64,000 nt of DNA from a virus (lineage: Duplodnaviria; Heunggongvirae; Uroviricota; Caudoviricetes). The stretch is taken from the IMG/VR virus record IMGVR_UViG_2802429224_000004, positions 1 through 64,000 of that record. The stretch is one strand, 5' to 3'. Both the position numbers and the translations under genes were made by a program. The number at the start of each line of letters is the position of its first letter. The stretch's first letter is position 1. The notes under the pieces were generated by a model that was given only the letters and a program-made list of their open reading frames with translations, had not been told where the DNA came from and searched no databases. Of this stretch, positions 1-12,996 are shown in pieces.

Positions 1-196
<196 letters not shown>

Positions 197-229
197 ATTA
201 TGCGACGCCCGGCGAACCGGGCGCTCCTG

Positions 230-3200
230 TTATGCGTATTGTTGGATGACGGCCAGAACGTCCGCCACGTTGTGTTTTGTCTCGATAATCCACCAGTTAC
301 CCGGGAAATCGCTGTTCTTCGCCTTCGCTGGCAGCCAGCGAGCGCCGAATTTCGTCTTGATTGCGTCTTTCGCACGGAAAAGAACGCCTTTCATGCCTGA
401 GGCTTCCTGAAGCCCAAATACCTCGCCAGCGGCGAATTTTGGTGCGTACATCATCTTCAGGTCGGCGGTGGATACGCGATAATTCAGACCAAGAGACTGA
501 GCTATGCTGGTGGCATCACCCTGTATTGATGATAACTCTTCTTGTTTCTCGTTTCTGGCGGCAATTTCTTCCTCCGTGATGTTGCCAAGGGCCAGGTTTA
601 TCCGATCAGCGTCGGCCTGTTTCTCTTCATCGGTGCGCCCGGCAAGAACCGTGTTAATTCTCTGCAATATCTCCACATGATTCTTGCGCATGCTGAGCAA
701 TTCCGGCGTAACCTCGTTAAGATCCACCAGCCCAAGGATGGCAAGGTCGGAAAACATTGATACCAGGTTGTAGGTCATGCGATAGCTGAGTTGGCCATAG
801 GCTGATGGCAACTGCACCGCATCCATTTTATAGGCATCCATAAATTTAGAGCCGTCGTTTACGACATCCGCAATTGCCGGTGTGATTTTCCCTGTGGTGG
901 CGGCCTCCCTGATTGCTGTTACCCACGATTGAGTCAGTGCGGCGACTGCATGATTCAGATTGGCTTCCCGTTCTGCTGCGATGCGCGCGCTTGCTGCGTC
1001 CATTGCCTGCTTGATCTCGGCTTTATTGCTGTAAATGCCAATGGTGCCAAACTGTGCTGTGGTGATCTCATAATCTGACGCCCGGAACTCATGGGTACCG
1101 AAAATGGCATTGGTGACCTCAAGTTCAGAATCCCCGTTACGAGTAGCCCCCTGGCTTGTTTTCTCCGGCATTCTGGCGATCGCATCCGCTATTTTCTCCT
1201 GAATTGCTTCAGGGGATAGCGTATCTCCATATGACGCGATTACATCGCCATAATTGGAGCCAAACAGTTCAGTCAGGAATACTTCTGCCAAACGGACCTG
1301 GCGGTTATTCCCTTCAGACATCATACCAAGCACCCATTTTGCAATTGACGACTTCAGCGCGCCGTCACGGCGATCCGGGTAAACCGCATGCTTCAGTGGG
1401 TCCGTATAGGTACCAACAAAATCAATGCTATAGCCTGACTCTGTAGTCTGAACGCCGTATGAGTCAGTGATTTTGATCATGCCGCGCTGCTGGAAACGGT
1501 AGAAATCGTCACAGGAAATGATGTCGTTAATCCCGGCGATGGAGACGCCACCACTGATTTTCTGCATAACAGCATCTTCATCGGGAGTTACATCCACCTG
1601 TTTATCCAGCGTCTTCACATCCCAGTTACCCGATTTGGTGCCTTTGAAGGTAAAGATGATCTCCACGTCTGCGCGCTGGCTGTCGAAGTCCAGCGACTTA
1701 ATGCGAACGATATCACCGGCACAATCGTAGTATTGGCCTACACGCCATGAGCGATCGCCGATAACAAGGAACTCACTCGCATGGTTAACCAGGTCAGGAT
1801 CAACATCCAGAATGCCTTTATTTATTGCATCCTCCACCAGCGGGCGCAGGCGTTTGATATCCGTCGCGGCCTTCTGAGTACGGTTCAATAATTTCTCATA
1901 GCGGGAAATGGCCTGAGAGATATTAGCCTTGCGCTGAATGGCGCTTTTCAACGACGCGCGATACTGTGCTAACAACGTACGGTCTGTGTGATGGACGCTA
2001 CCCCAGCGGGCTTTCCAGTCTGCGTTATCAGCTGCTTTGGCCATTACCGCCTGTTTGAATTTGGCGACGTCGGCGGTGGTCTTTTCAAGTTCCGCTTTGC
2101 TTCGCTCCAATTCAGCGGTAAGTACCTCCACATCCTCACCAGCTGCGTGCTGCGCCTTGATGTAGTTCTGAAGGTCGATAGTAGCCTGTTCTTTCTGGCG
2201 AGCGCGTTGCGCGGCTTTCGCCTTATCCATTTGAATCTGCATCATTGCCAGACGTTCGCCATCATCCTTAGCGGTATACATCTGCATTTCGATCATATCG
2301 TTGGCGTCGGCGTTCTCCATTTCTGACTTATCTGAACGGAGGATATCGGAGATCCAGCCTGCTTTACGCTTCAGCGTCTTCAGTCGGTATTCATCGAAAG
2401 AACCCTTGCCGCAGTAGTAGTGAACACGAACGCTTGCACGGTTGGAGCCAACTCGGGCACCGCGACCGTTTCGTTGCGCAATACTGGCTGGAGTCCATGG
2501 CAACGTCAGATGATGGATGTCAGTCGTTCCTCGATGCAGGTTGATACCCACCTCTGCCTTTTTGTTGCAGATGATGATCGGAGTCCGGCCCTCCTGGAAG
2601 TCGGCTGCAATCTTTTCCAGACCGCCCAACGACATTTCATTTTGCTGCGCGATATAGGCGTCATACAGAGCCATTTGGTCGTTGTATTTCGCTATCTGTG
2701 CATCTGTTGGTTCATCCGGTAACTCTTTCGGCGGTTTAACCGCTTTCAGTTTCTTACCGGTTTTACCTGCCTCGGCAACCGTCTGAGCATTCAGGATCCC
2801 CACCTTTGAAGGTTCAAGGTTAAGAGCATTGCAGATAATGCGCTTGAGCTTCTGGTGCTGCGTTTTTTCATCGGTGAAGATGATTTGCTTACCTTCCGGG
2901 AAAAACTCCTTCAGCGTGGCAATCAGCTTCGCGTATTTGGGCGTAACGGGGTGAGTTACGGTCTGTTCGTCAATGCCAAACCTGGCCAGGCGCTTATTCA
3001 CTTCCTGCTCGAACGCTTCCGGAACCTGCAACTGAATAAACTCGCCCTTATCTATCAGGGAGTATTGCGATTGCTGCGTGATTGAATCATCACTGTCGTC
3101 GTCTTCGCTGGTGGCTTGTTTAGGCAAACTGTCCGCCAGCTGCTGCACCGCATCGGCGTACTCCGGCAGGAAACGATAGGTGATCCGACGATAGTACAGG

Positions 3201-6200
3201 TCCATGTCAGTACATACGCGGTCCATATCCCTGATTATTGAGAAGATCGGACGGGCTTTCTCGTGCTCAATCACGCCGTCTTCATTGACCGAGGTCGTTA
3301 CGCCATTGTTGGCTTTGGCCGCCGCTTCCGCCTGCTGACGCAATTCTTCATACGCCGCCAGTTGTTCTTCAGTAAGTGGTGCATCCTGCTGGTGTTCGTC
3401 CAGCTCCGGGATCTCCACGGTATCCTTAACGTCTTCCGCCGTTTTAAGCGTTACCCAGCGATGGAATATACCGCGCAGCGCATCAAGGTTTTCAAAGCCC
3501 ACCAGCGCCATTTTTTCTTCAACTTCACCGCTGATTTTCTGTACCGTTTCCAGCCTGGTCTTGCCGAAGAATTTAACGAAGTCATCAGGACCGTAGATCC
3601 CCATCTTCTGCCAGTATTCCTTCGGCAGAACATGAGAAAGCATGTTGTATGCATCGATCGGGGTGTTAACGACTGGCGTTGCAGTCAGGAGAACCGGCCC
3701 GCGCCCGCCATTCTTTTTCATCAGGTACGCGTTTTTAATTGCCATATCCCGCGCCGATTGCGCCACCGCGCTGGTGGGCAGATAGGCCAGTTGTGACGCT
3801 TCGCGACCATTTTTATAGCTATTGCGGTAGTTGTGACCTTCGTCGGCGATCACACTATCGAAGCCCATATCCTCAAAGTACGGATACTTCTCTGCTTTTT
3901 CGGTGCCGGTATCTGAATACTCCGACAATACCCGGCGACGCGCGGCCTCTTTGCGGTGGGAGTCGGAGTCCATTGCGCTGGCTACGCGCCCGGCGGCAAC
4001 GAAGTCATAAAGCATATCCTGTGCATGCTCATCTACGGTGTCATCACGTAGCGGAATGCGGGCGTATTGTTCTTTGGTAAACACGACTGCACGGTAATTT
4101 GAGTGCGGGATCGCGTTCATTCGCGCGGTGATAGTGGCTTCATCTGCCAGTTTAAGAGCATCACGCATAAGTGGAGTGCCATCAGTACCAAGGACAGGTT
4201 TACCGTTCTCATCGAGCACCGGCACCTGGCGAATCTGATCGCCATCCATCAGCACATCAAGACCGACGAACAGGTAGTTACTGAATGCTGCTTCACTCAG
4301 GAACTCTTTTGCTTCGTAATACCAGTTTTCCAGCACTGATTTAGGCACTACATAAGCAGTACGGGTGGAGCGACCGTTCTCATAGTTGAACGCCTCAAGC
4401 GCCAGCGCGGTCGTCGTTTTACCCAGCCCGGTGCCGAAGCCCAGGATGCCGCGCCCATCTTCAGACAGTCGTCGCACCTCGCTATTCTGGTAATCAAATG
4501 GCTGGCGCTTACCGCTTAATCCCTTCAACCCAAGCGGATCGCCAGAGTGTTCATACGGAATATTGCTATTGAAAACATCGTTGTATTTGGCAACCAGCTC
4601 ATCGTAGCGATCGTGTGTCTTGATCCACTTATTGAACTGGTCCTCAAGCAGTGCCATCTGCTCGCGGTAGCCGTTCGCCGTCGCGCTATCTTTGCCACCG
4701 ATACGCGCACCATTGAGATACTTTTCCAGCTGTGCCGGGAACCCGGTCGCGTTTTCACCTGATTTACGGTCCCACTCGTAGCGGATCTCGCCTGTTTCTT
4801 TATCCTTGCGCTGGACGACACCGTATCGGTGTCCGACGAACAGACCATCACCACCGTGATAGGTGTCAGAAACCATTTCGTCGCCTTCCAGCTGCACTGA
4901 CTGCACATAGCGCAGATCCGGATAGCCGTTTTCCTGCAAAAACTCCAGAATGACGGAACGGTCGAACCAACGGCTATTGAGCTTAAAGCGGATATTCTCT
5001 GCTGGCGTCTTGATGCGCTTCTCTTCGATCGCTGCCAGCTGATTAAGGACGTTGTTCTTTACTGGACCGTCGGGGAGCGTGGCGAGGAATTCCTGTTTTG
5101 GAACCACTATCTCGTTAATGTCGCCGCTGGTGGCGCGGGCGAACGGAACAATCCCGCCATACGGCGAAACCGCAATACCTGGGGTGCTGGCCAATAAATT
5201 AAGCAACTCTTCATCACTGGCTGGCAGTTCGCCGGTAAACGCAAGGCGGAAATCATCGAGCTGGATTGGATCGCGGGTAAGATCGCTATAGAGATAACGC
5301 AAGGTGTCCTGATAGCTGGTGGAGTCATAACTTGCGCTGGAATCATGCGTAACCAGCTTTCCTGTCAGCTCGTCAGAAATAGTGCCATCCAGCTTAATTG
5401 CACCACGGAAAGCAAACCAGGCGCGCGCACCGCTTCCCGATAATTTAGCTATCGGACCGCGACCGGGGTTACCAAAACGGTCAATCTCTGCCTGCAAACG
5501 GGATACCAGAGAAAGGCGCTGCTGTTCGATTTGTTCAGCACTATGCCCGGCGGCCTTCATATCCTGATATTCAATTAACATCCGGCCAATCATCGCCCCG
5601 CGATACAAGCGTTCACGGTATTTTTCAGGCTGGCTGTTAATCCAATCCACCAGTTGCACCATATCGTCGCTGATTGATGTGGTGTACTTATCGCGGACAT
5701 TTGCCATCTGGGTAAATGTCATGCCGAGACGACCTTCGGTGGTAGTCAGGTTACGCTGAAGAGCCTCCCAGCTATCCGCGCCATAACTGGCAACATCAAT
5801 CTTCAGCTCCTTCCCGGCATCAGCTTCAATCCAGCGACCACCAGCATATTTTTGCCATACGCCATTAATCAGGCGCATTTCCCCTTCATCAAAAACATCT
5901 GCGGTCGGTGACGGCTCAGCCATATCGAGCAAAGACCAGTCGATACGACTTTCGAAACGATGAATCAGCTTCGCTTTAAGAGCCTGGTTATCAATCTGCC
6001 CGTCGGCACGAACCTCAATACGCCCCTGGAAGCCCTTCTCCTGGGTGCCATGAACAAACCGGCGGCCGTCCTTTTCAAACCACTTGCCAGAAATAAACGT
6101 TGGCCAAAGCACATTTGCCGATTCAAGAGTGCTTTCATCCACCAGGGGGATTTTCTCAGCCATCTCTGCCGGATGTTTGCGCATCAGCACCACATCAACG

Positions 6201-6997
6201 ACTGTACTGGTCCCGTTTGCGTCAAAAGTACCGGTAGGCAAGCGGTGGGCACCAAGAAATTCAGCTTTCCGTGATAGGCGCAGGCGTAACCGCTTCATGT
6301 TTGAACCTGAAACAATGGACGGCGGCACAATCACGCACATGAATCCGTCTGGCTTTATCTTGTCCAGCATGCGGAGCATGAAGTAAGACCCCATATCCGT
6401 TTCTTCTGCGTAAGGCTTATCGATGTTGCGTGTGTTATCACGACCGCCGAACGGAACGTTACCCACAACATGGTCGAATGAATCGTTAGGCGTGCTTACA
6501 GCCAGTTGTTCGAACGGGGAAATCTGTACGCTGTCTTCCGGATGTAACAGCTGGTTTATACGACCGGAAACACTGCTGATCTCAGTCGCGGTCATCACCG
6601 TACCAACCGGTTTTGTCTCATTAAAAACGCCGGTGCCCGCCGATGGTTCCAGAGTGTTACCTACGTCCGCGCCATAGAGCTTCATGATCTCCCAGACGCC
6701 TTCAGCGATAGGCTTTGGTGTGTAATATTCGGAGACGGACCCGCCAATGCCGCCTTCACCAGTGTACCCGGCCAGGATCTGGCGCTGTTCATCTGTCAGT
6801 GTCGCGCCGTCCACCAGCGAATTAAGCAAATCTATCGCCTTCTGATTCGCCTCCCGGCGCAGCCGGTCATAGCTTTTGCCTTCCACCTTTTCCACGCCGT
6901 ATCTAATCGGCGCTCGGTGAGATGTTATTGCCCTAATGTATTTCAATATTTCGCTGACACTTGAACAGCGAAACACCCCCATAGATGGCTTTTTCAT
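230..6997 (-). CDS. darB: DarB-type antirestriction protein: N6-adenine DNA methyltransferase domain fused to SF2 helicase
   Basis: 2255-aa ORF; N-terminal MTase motifs (LEPSAGTGVF motif I-like, NVPFGG motif IV-like); central Walker A GFGTGLGKTTT and DEGH box; LLTATPVVN helicase motif; RBS aagga before ATG at 6997; size matches my recollection of P1 DarB. Confidence 0.85.
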   Translation of the reverse strand: MKKPSMGVFRCSSVSEILKYIRAITSHRAPIRYGVEKVEGKSYDRLRREANQKAIDLLNSLVDGATLTDEQRQILAGYTGEGGIGGSVSEYYTPKPIAEGVWEIMKLYGADVGNTLEPSAGTGVFNETKPVGTVMTATEISSVSGRINQLLHPEDSVQISPFEQLAVSTPNDSFDHVVGNVPFGGRDNTRNIDKPYAEETDMGSYFMLRMLDKIKPDGFMCVIVPPSIVSGSNMKRLRLRLSRKAEFLGAHRLPTGTFDANGTSTVVDVVLMRKHPAEMAEKIPLVDESTLESANVLWPTFISGKWFEKDGRRFVHGTQEKGFQGRIEVRADGQIDNQALKAKLIHRFESRIDWSLLDMAEPSPTADVFDEGEMRLINGVWQKYAGGRWIEADAGKELKIDVASYGADSWEALQRNLTTTEGRLGMTFTQMANVRDKYTTSISDDMVQLVDWINSQPEKYRERLYRGAMIGRMLIEYQDMKAAGHSAEQIEQQRLSLVSRLQAEIDRFGNPGRGPIAKLSGSGARAWFAFRGAIKLDGTISDELTGKLVTHDSSASYDSTSYQDTLRYLYSDLTRDPIQLDDFRLAFTGELPASDEELLNLLASTPGIAVSPYGGIVPFARATSGDINEIVVPKQEFLATLPDGPVKNNVLNQLAAIEEKRIKTPAENIRFKLNSRWFDRSVILEFLQENGYPDLRYVQSVQLEGDEMVSDTYHGGDGLFVGHRYGVVQRKDKETGEIRYEWDRKSGENATGFPAQLEKYLNGARIGGKDSATANGYREQMALLEDQFNKWIKTHDRYDELVAKYNDVFNSNIPYEHSGDPLGLKGLSGKRQPFDYQNSEVRRLSEDGRGILGFGTGLGKTTTALALEAFNYENGRSTRTAYVVPKSVLENWYYEAKEFLSEAAFSNYLFVGLDVLMDGDQIRQVPVLDENGKPVLGTDGTPLMRDALKLADEATITARMNAIPHSNYRAVVFTKEQYARIPLRDDTVDEHAQDMLYDFVAAGRVASAMDSDSHRKEAARRRVLSEYSDTGTEKAEKYPYFEDMGFDSVIADEGHNYRNSYKNGREASQLAYLPTSAVAQSARDMAIKNAYLMKKNGGRGPVLLTATPVVNTPIDAYNMLSHVLPKEYWQKMGIYGPDDFVKFFGKTRLETVQKISGEVEEKMALVGFENLDALRGIFHRWVTLKTAEDVKDTVEIPELDEHQQDAPLTEEQLAAYEELRQQAEAAAKANNGVTTSVNEDGVIEHEKARPIFSIIRDMDRVCTDMDLYYRRITYRFLPEYADAVQQLADSLPKQATSEDDDSDDSITQQSQYSLIDKGEFIQLQVPEAFEQEVNKRLARFGIDEQTVTHPVTPKYAKLIATLKEFFPEGKQIIFTDEKTQHQKLKRIICNALNLEPSKVGILNAQTVAEAGKTGKKLKAVKPPKELPDEPTDAQIAKYNDQMALYDAYIAQQNEMSLGGLEKIAADFQEGRTPIIICNKKAEVGINLHRGTTDIHHLTLPWTPASIAQRNGRGARVGSNRASVRVHYYCGKGSFDEYRLKTLKRKAGWISDILRSDKSEMENADANDMIEMQMYTAKDDGERLAMMQIQMDKAKAAQRARQKEQATIDLQNYIKAQHAAGEDVEVLTAELERSKAELEKTTADVAKFKQAVMAKAADNADWKARWGSVHHTDRTLLAQYRASLKSAIQRKANISQAISRYEKLLNRTQKAATDIKRLRPLVEDAINKGILDVDPDLVNHASEFLVIGDRSWRVGQYYDCAGDIVRIKSLDFDSQRADVEIIFTFKGTKSGNWDVKTLDKQVDVTPDEDAVMQKISGGVSIAGINDIISCDDFYRFQQRGMIKITDSYGVQTTESGYSIDFVGTYTDPLKHAVYPDRRDGALKSSIAKWVLGMMSEGNNRQVRLAEVFLTELFGSNYGDVIASYGDTLSPEAIQEKIADAIARMPEKTSQGATRNGDSELEVTNAIFGTHEFRASDYEITTAQFGTIGIYSNKAEIKQAMDAASARIAAEREANLNHAVAALTQSWVTAIREAATTGKITPAIADVVNDGSKFMDAYKMDAVQLPSAYGQLSYRMTYNLVSMFSDLAILGLVDLNEVTPELLSMRKNHVEILQRINTVLAGRTDEEKQADADRINLALGNITEEEIAARNEKQEELSSIQGDATSIAQSLGLNYRVSTADLKMMYAPKFAAGEVFGLQEASGMKGVLFRAKDAIKTKFGARWLPAKAKNSDFPGNWWIIETKHNVADVLAVIQQYA

Positions 6998-7063
6998 TGG
7001 TAATCCTTAACAAGTGACTAGTGTTAAATTCCGTTCAAACACGATGCGAATTATTCTAATTAA

Positions 7064-9794
<2,731 letters not shown>

Positions 9795-9805
9795 CCACCA
9801 AAAAT

Positions 9806-9827
9806 AACCCCGGCGGCTGCCGGGGTT
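9806..9827. terminator. bidirectional stem-loop terminator between convergent pro and lyz-side genes
   Basis: GC-rich hairpin aaccccggcggctgccggggtt with A-run on plus strand (T-run on minus). Confidence 0.5.
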
Positions 9828-9838
9828 CTCGTTAACTA

Positions 9839-10093
9839 TTATCGCCTTCGCCTGCGTGCCATATATTTGCGCACCGCGCGGCGTGGACAATCTGAAGCGG
9901 TTTCTTTCTGCTGCATCAATCTTGCAGCCATGCTCAAAAATGTCAGGCACAGCCGAAGCCCAGCATACAATAGCGGTTCCAGTGGCCACGTCTCATTGAG
10001 CACATATACCGCCATGAAAATCGAGTCGAAAACTATCGCCGCCAGCGATAACTTCATTGTCGAAAGTCGGCGGAGCTGCCGGAGTTTATTCAT
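9839..10093 (-). CDS. small two-TM membrane protein with poly-Arg C-terminus (holin/pinholin-like)
   Basis: 84-aa ORF overlapping lyz stop by 8 nt; two hydrophobic helices and RKYMARRRRR tail; likely start at internal Met (10057). Confidence 0.35.
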   Translation of the reverse strand: MNKLRQLRRLSTMKLSLAAIVFDSIFMAVYVLNETWPLEPLLYAGLRLCLTFLSMAARLMQQKETASDCPRRAVRKYMARRRRR

Positions 10094-10643
10094 TGACCAG
10101 TCCCGTCAGGCAAAGCTGGCGTTCTTTTTCACGGCGAATCTTTAAACCTCGCAGGGGCACGCCGTTACTGTTCACGAAATCAGGGAGATGGTTACACATA
10201 TTCACCCATTCCCCTTTCTGCGCCCACTTGTGGATGGACGTTTCTACTCGCATGCCTCGCGCTTTGCTGTAGTAGGTTCGTAAGCTATTGCATCCCATAT
10301 TGAATGCCGCGCTTGTCATTGCACTGAAGGCATTATCGGGCATGTCTTTGCCCCGGAAGTGCTGATTAATACAGCGTTCAGCGATCAGGATATTCTTTTC
10401 CCAATCAGCGGCGATTTGCTGGTCTGTTTTTCGCACACCCGGCGTTACCCCGTGTGTATTACCGATCCCGTCAGTCCATACCCCTGCCGGGCACATGTAT
10501 GGATCACGTCGGCAACCTTCAGCGTTTCCGATAAGCTCAAGCCCCGCCTGGTTGGTTCGCACATTGCCATTACCCATCACGATGGTAATCATCACCGCGA
10601 TAGCGCAAATTGCACCGCCTCCTGCGGCTGTTTTTCCCTTCAT
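10086..10643 (-). CDS. lyz: SAR endolysin (T4-lysozyme family) Lyz
   Basis: 185-aa product from Met at 10643; N-terminal Gly/Ala-rich SAR helix MKGKTAAGGGAICAIAVMITIVMG followed by lysozyme catalytic region (E..D..T); matches remembered P1 Lyz. Confidence 0.85.
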   Translation of the reverse strand: MKGKTAAGGGAICAIAVMITIVMGNGNVRTNQAGLELIGNAEGCRRDPYMCPAGVWTDGIGNTHGVTPGVRKTDQQIAADWEKNILIAERCINQHFRGKDMPDNAFSAMTSAAFNMGCNSLRTYYSKARGMRVETSIHKWAQKGEWVNMCNHLPDFVNSNGVPLRGLKIRREKERQLCLTGLVNE

Positions 10644-10776
10644 AAAGACCTCATAAGCGAATTTTTTACGCTCCAGGACAAACACCCATTCACAGCCAAT
10701 ACCGACTGACTCGATCCCTTTAGAAGGCACAGGATAATGCAAATCACTTGTTAGCTACGTTTCAAAGATATACATT

Positions 10777-10793
10777 ATTGCTCTAATTAATTT
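10777..10793. promoter_or_regulatory. C1 repressor operator-like 17-mer upstream of ssb
   Basis: ATTGCTCTAATTAATTT, 16/17 match to remembered P1 C1 operator consensus ATTGCTCTAATAAATTT. Confidence 0.5.
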
Positions 10794-10812
10794 ATTTTAT
10801 TAGGTAAGATAA

Positions 10813-11301
10813 GTGGCACAACGCGGTGTAAACAAAGTCATCCTGATTGGTACCCTGGGGCAAGCCCCGGAGATCAGGTATATACCAAATGGCGGAGCGG
10901 TCGGAAGACTCAGCATCGCAACGAATGAATCATGGCGCGACAAGCAAACGGGCCAACAGAAAGAGCAAACAGAATGGCATAAAGTCGTTTTGTTCGGAAA
11001 ACTTGCTGAAATTGCGAGTGAATATTTACGAAAAGGTTCTCAGGTCTACATCGAAGGGAAACTTAAAACCCGTAAGTGGACAGATGACGCCGGTGTAGAA
11101 CGTTACACGACGGAAATTATCGTCAGCCAGGGCGGCACCATGCAAATGATCGGCGCTCGCCGTGACGATTCACAGTCCTCAAATGGCTGGGGGCAATCAA
11201 ACCAACCTCAAAACCACCAGCAATACAGTGGTGGCGGTAAACCTCAGAGCAACGCCAATAACGAACCTCCAATGGACTTTGACGACGATATTCCGTTTTG
11301 A
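10813..11301 (+). CDS. ssb: single-stranded DNA-binding protein
   Basis: 162 aa, GTG start; OB-fold N-terminus highly similar to E. coli SSB, Gly/Gln-rich linker, acidic tail DFDDDIPF. Confidence 0.9.
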   Translation: MAQRGVNKVILIGTLGQAPEIRYIPNGGAVGRLSIATNESWRDKQTGQQKEQTEWHKVVLFGKLAEIASEYLRKGSQVYIEGKLKTRKWTDDAGVERYTTEIIVSQGGTMQMIGARRDDSQSSNGWGQSNQPQNHQQYSGGGKPQSNANNEPPMDFDDDIPF

Positions 11302-11498
11302 ATGTGTAAAAAACGACTGAAAGAAAAGCGGTGGTCCAGACGCCGACAAAAGTACGAACTCGCAAACAAACGCCAAAGTTGGCAATGGCACGCGCTTTTC
11401 ACGAAAAGAACACCCCGAGATATTGCTTTCGCTGGTGGGAAAACATTCCTGACCCACCTGAAGGCGCAAGACATCAGGTTTTAAGCAGAGGAAAGACT

Positions 11499-12176
11499 AT
11501 GAATAACATGACAACGAAAGAGCTTTTGACGGCACTTCCAAAATACAAAAGCCATAAAACAGTTCGCGCCTCAAAAATCAAAGATATCGAAATTATCGCC
11601 CTAATGGATGTGGTCCTTTTTTGCAACATCGAAGTCGTTGAGCCAGAAGGGGTAAAAGTCCATGTTGATAAAATGTTTTTGCAAAAACACCGACCAGAAA
11701 TTGGCGGATATCTGGTCGCTTATGAGAACGGATCTCTGTCCTATTCACCAGAAAAAACATTTGAAGAAGGCTTTAGTCGGACTAACGACTTCTTCGAAAA
11801 TGGGGTATCGCTCAGTATTGAAGGTCACAATGGGGTGACATTCATTACAGCCAGGGACGTAACTATTTCTGCTGGCGGTATCGCTACTCTACAAGAAGAA
11901 ATCGACCTTGAAGCAGCCGACTTTTCTGACGCGCTGATGTGGCTGAAGGATGGCAAGAAAGTTGCTCGACGCGGGTGGAACGGCGAAAACCAATTCTGCT
12001 GGCTGGTTCCTGAAGGACAGTACCCGGCACGAATGGAAGCCATTAAGGGATATTTCCCCGGCGACCTCGTTCCGTATGGTGCTTATTTCGCCTTAAAAAA
12101 TGCACAAGGTGTAGTTGTTCCGTGGGTTCCTTCTGTAGGCGACTTACTGGCATGTGACTGGTTTGTAGTGGAGTGA
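11499..12176 (+). CDS. DUF2829 (Tad2-like) domain protein with unknown N-terminal domain
   Basis: ATG at 11499 with gagg RBS; C-terminal ~85 aa carry the DUF2829 signature (ALMWLKDGKKVARRGWNGENQF ... VVPWVPSVGDLLACDWFVVE). Confidence 0.5.
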   Translation: MNNMTTKELLTALPKYKSHKTVRASKIKDIEIIALMDVVLFCNIEVVEPEGVKVHVDKMFLQKHRPEIGGYLVAYENGSLSYSPEKTFEEGFSRTNDFFENGVSLSIEGHNGVTFITARDVTISAGGIATLQEEIDLEAADFSDALMWLKDGKKVARRGWNGENQFCWLVPEGQYPARMEAIKGYFPGDLVPYGAYFALKNAQGVVVPWVPSVGDLLACDWFVVE

Positions 12177-12182
12177 TTTAAC

Positions 12183-12965
12183 GTGGAAAATACTAAAGCA
12201 ATTCAATACCGCCTGCGTAATGGTCAGAGTGTCGAAGTGACCATCAATAATGATGGTGTGCCTGGCGAAAAGGTTTCGATCTCTGATCTGGCTATCGAAA
12301 AAACCATCATGTGCCACCTTGGCTTTACTGAAGAAGTGAGCAAAAAGCATGGTGTAGCAATCTGGAGCGCAATGGATACTGGTATGCGCAAATTCATTAC
12401 TGCTCGTACCCCAGGGATGACCATGATGGACCTCATGCAGATTGCGCCGCTGTTTGAATGTGAGCCTTTAGATGTATTCAGCAATCCAGCTATCTGCCAG
12501 CAGTTATATGGTGAGATGAAACTCGCGGTTACCCCCATTGTGCTGCATGAAGGATCGCTTGCTGGCGTGTGGAAAGTGGAGCGTATTTCAAGCTACATGC
12601 CTTTCCATGTCAACGGCGTAATCACTGGTGAAAATCAACCTGTTTCCGTTATAAAGTCAGACCTCAAGCGCGCAATTCTTGAAGCAAGTTGTCGAGTTGT
12701 CGGCCTGGGCAAACAGTCTTATGTTTCCTTCCCGGCTGGCCCTGAAGGCCCGGCAGAAATTCTGATTATGGATGCCGATCTGCTCTGGCAAATACAGTTT
12801 CTGATTGGCAAAAGCATCATCCGCGCTGAAGAACTCGATCAGTACATTACCTGCACGATGACGGATGAAGTCAAAAGTGTGGCTATAGCCAATGCCCGGA
12901 ACCTATGTCGTGCTGCATTAACAGAACTGCAAGAAAACACCACGGAAGAAGTGGAAAGCGATTAA
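12183..12965 (+). CDS. hypothetical protein
   Basis: 260-aa ORF, GTG start 7 nt after upstream stop (operon with DUF2829 gene), followed by terminator; no motif recognised. Confidence 0.4.
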   Translation: MENTKAIQYRLRNGQSVEVTINNDGVPGEKVSISDLAIEKTIMCHLGFTEEVSKKHGVAIWSAMDTGMRKFITARTPGMTMMDLMQIAPLFECEPLDVFSNPAICQQLYGEMKLAVTPIVLHEGSLAGVWKVERISSYMPFHVNGVITGENQPVSVIKSDLKRAILEASCRVVGLGKQSYVSFPAGPEGPAEILIMDADLLWQIQFLIGKSIIRAEELDQYITCTMTDEVKSVAIANARNLCRAALTELQENTTEEVESD

Positions 12966-12996
12966 AAAAAATCCCGCCGATTGGCGGGATTTCTTC
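12964..12996. terminator. bidirectional rho-independent terminator
   Basis: A-run, hairpin atcccgccgattggcgggat, T-rich tail; between convergent operons. Confidence 0.55.

Noticed and set aside
1988-4908. Numerous 60-180 aa ORFs on the plus strand (and short minus-strand ones) inside the darB coding region
   Set aside because: They lie entirely within the 2255-aa darB frame, which has coherent helicase and MTase motifs; treated as shadow ORFs.
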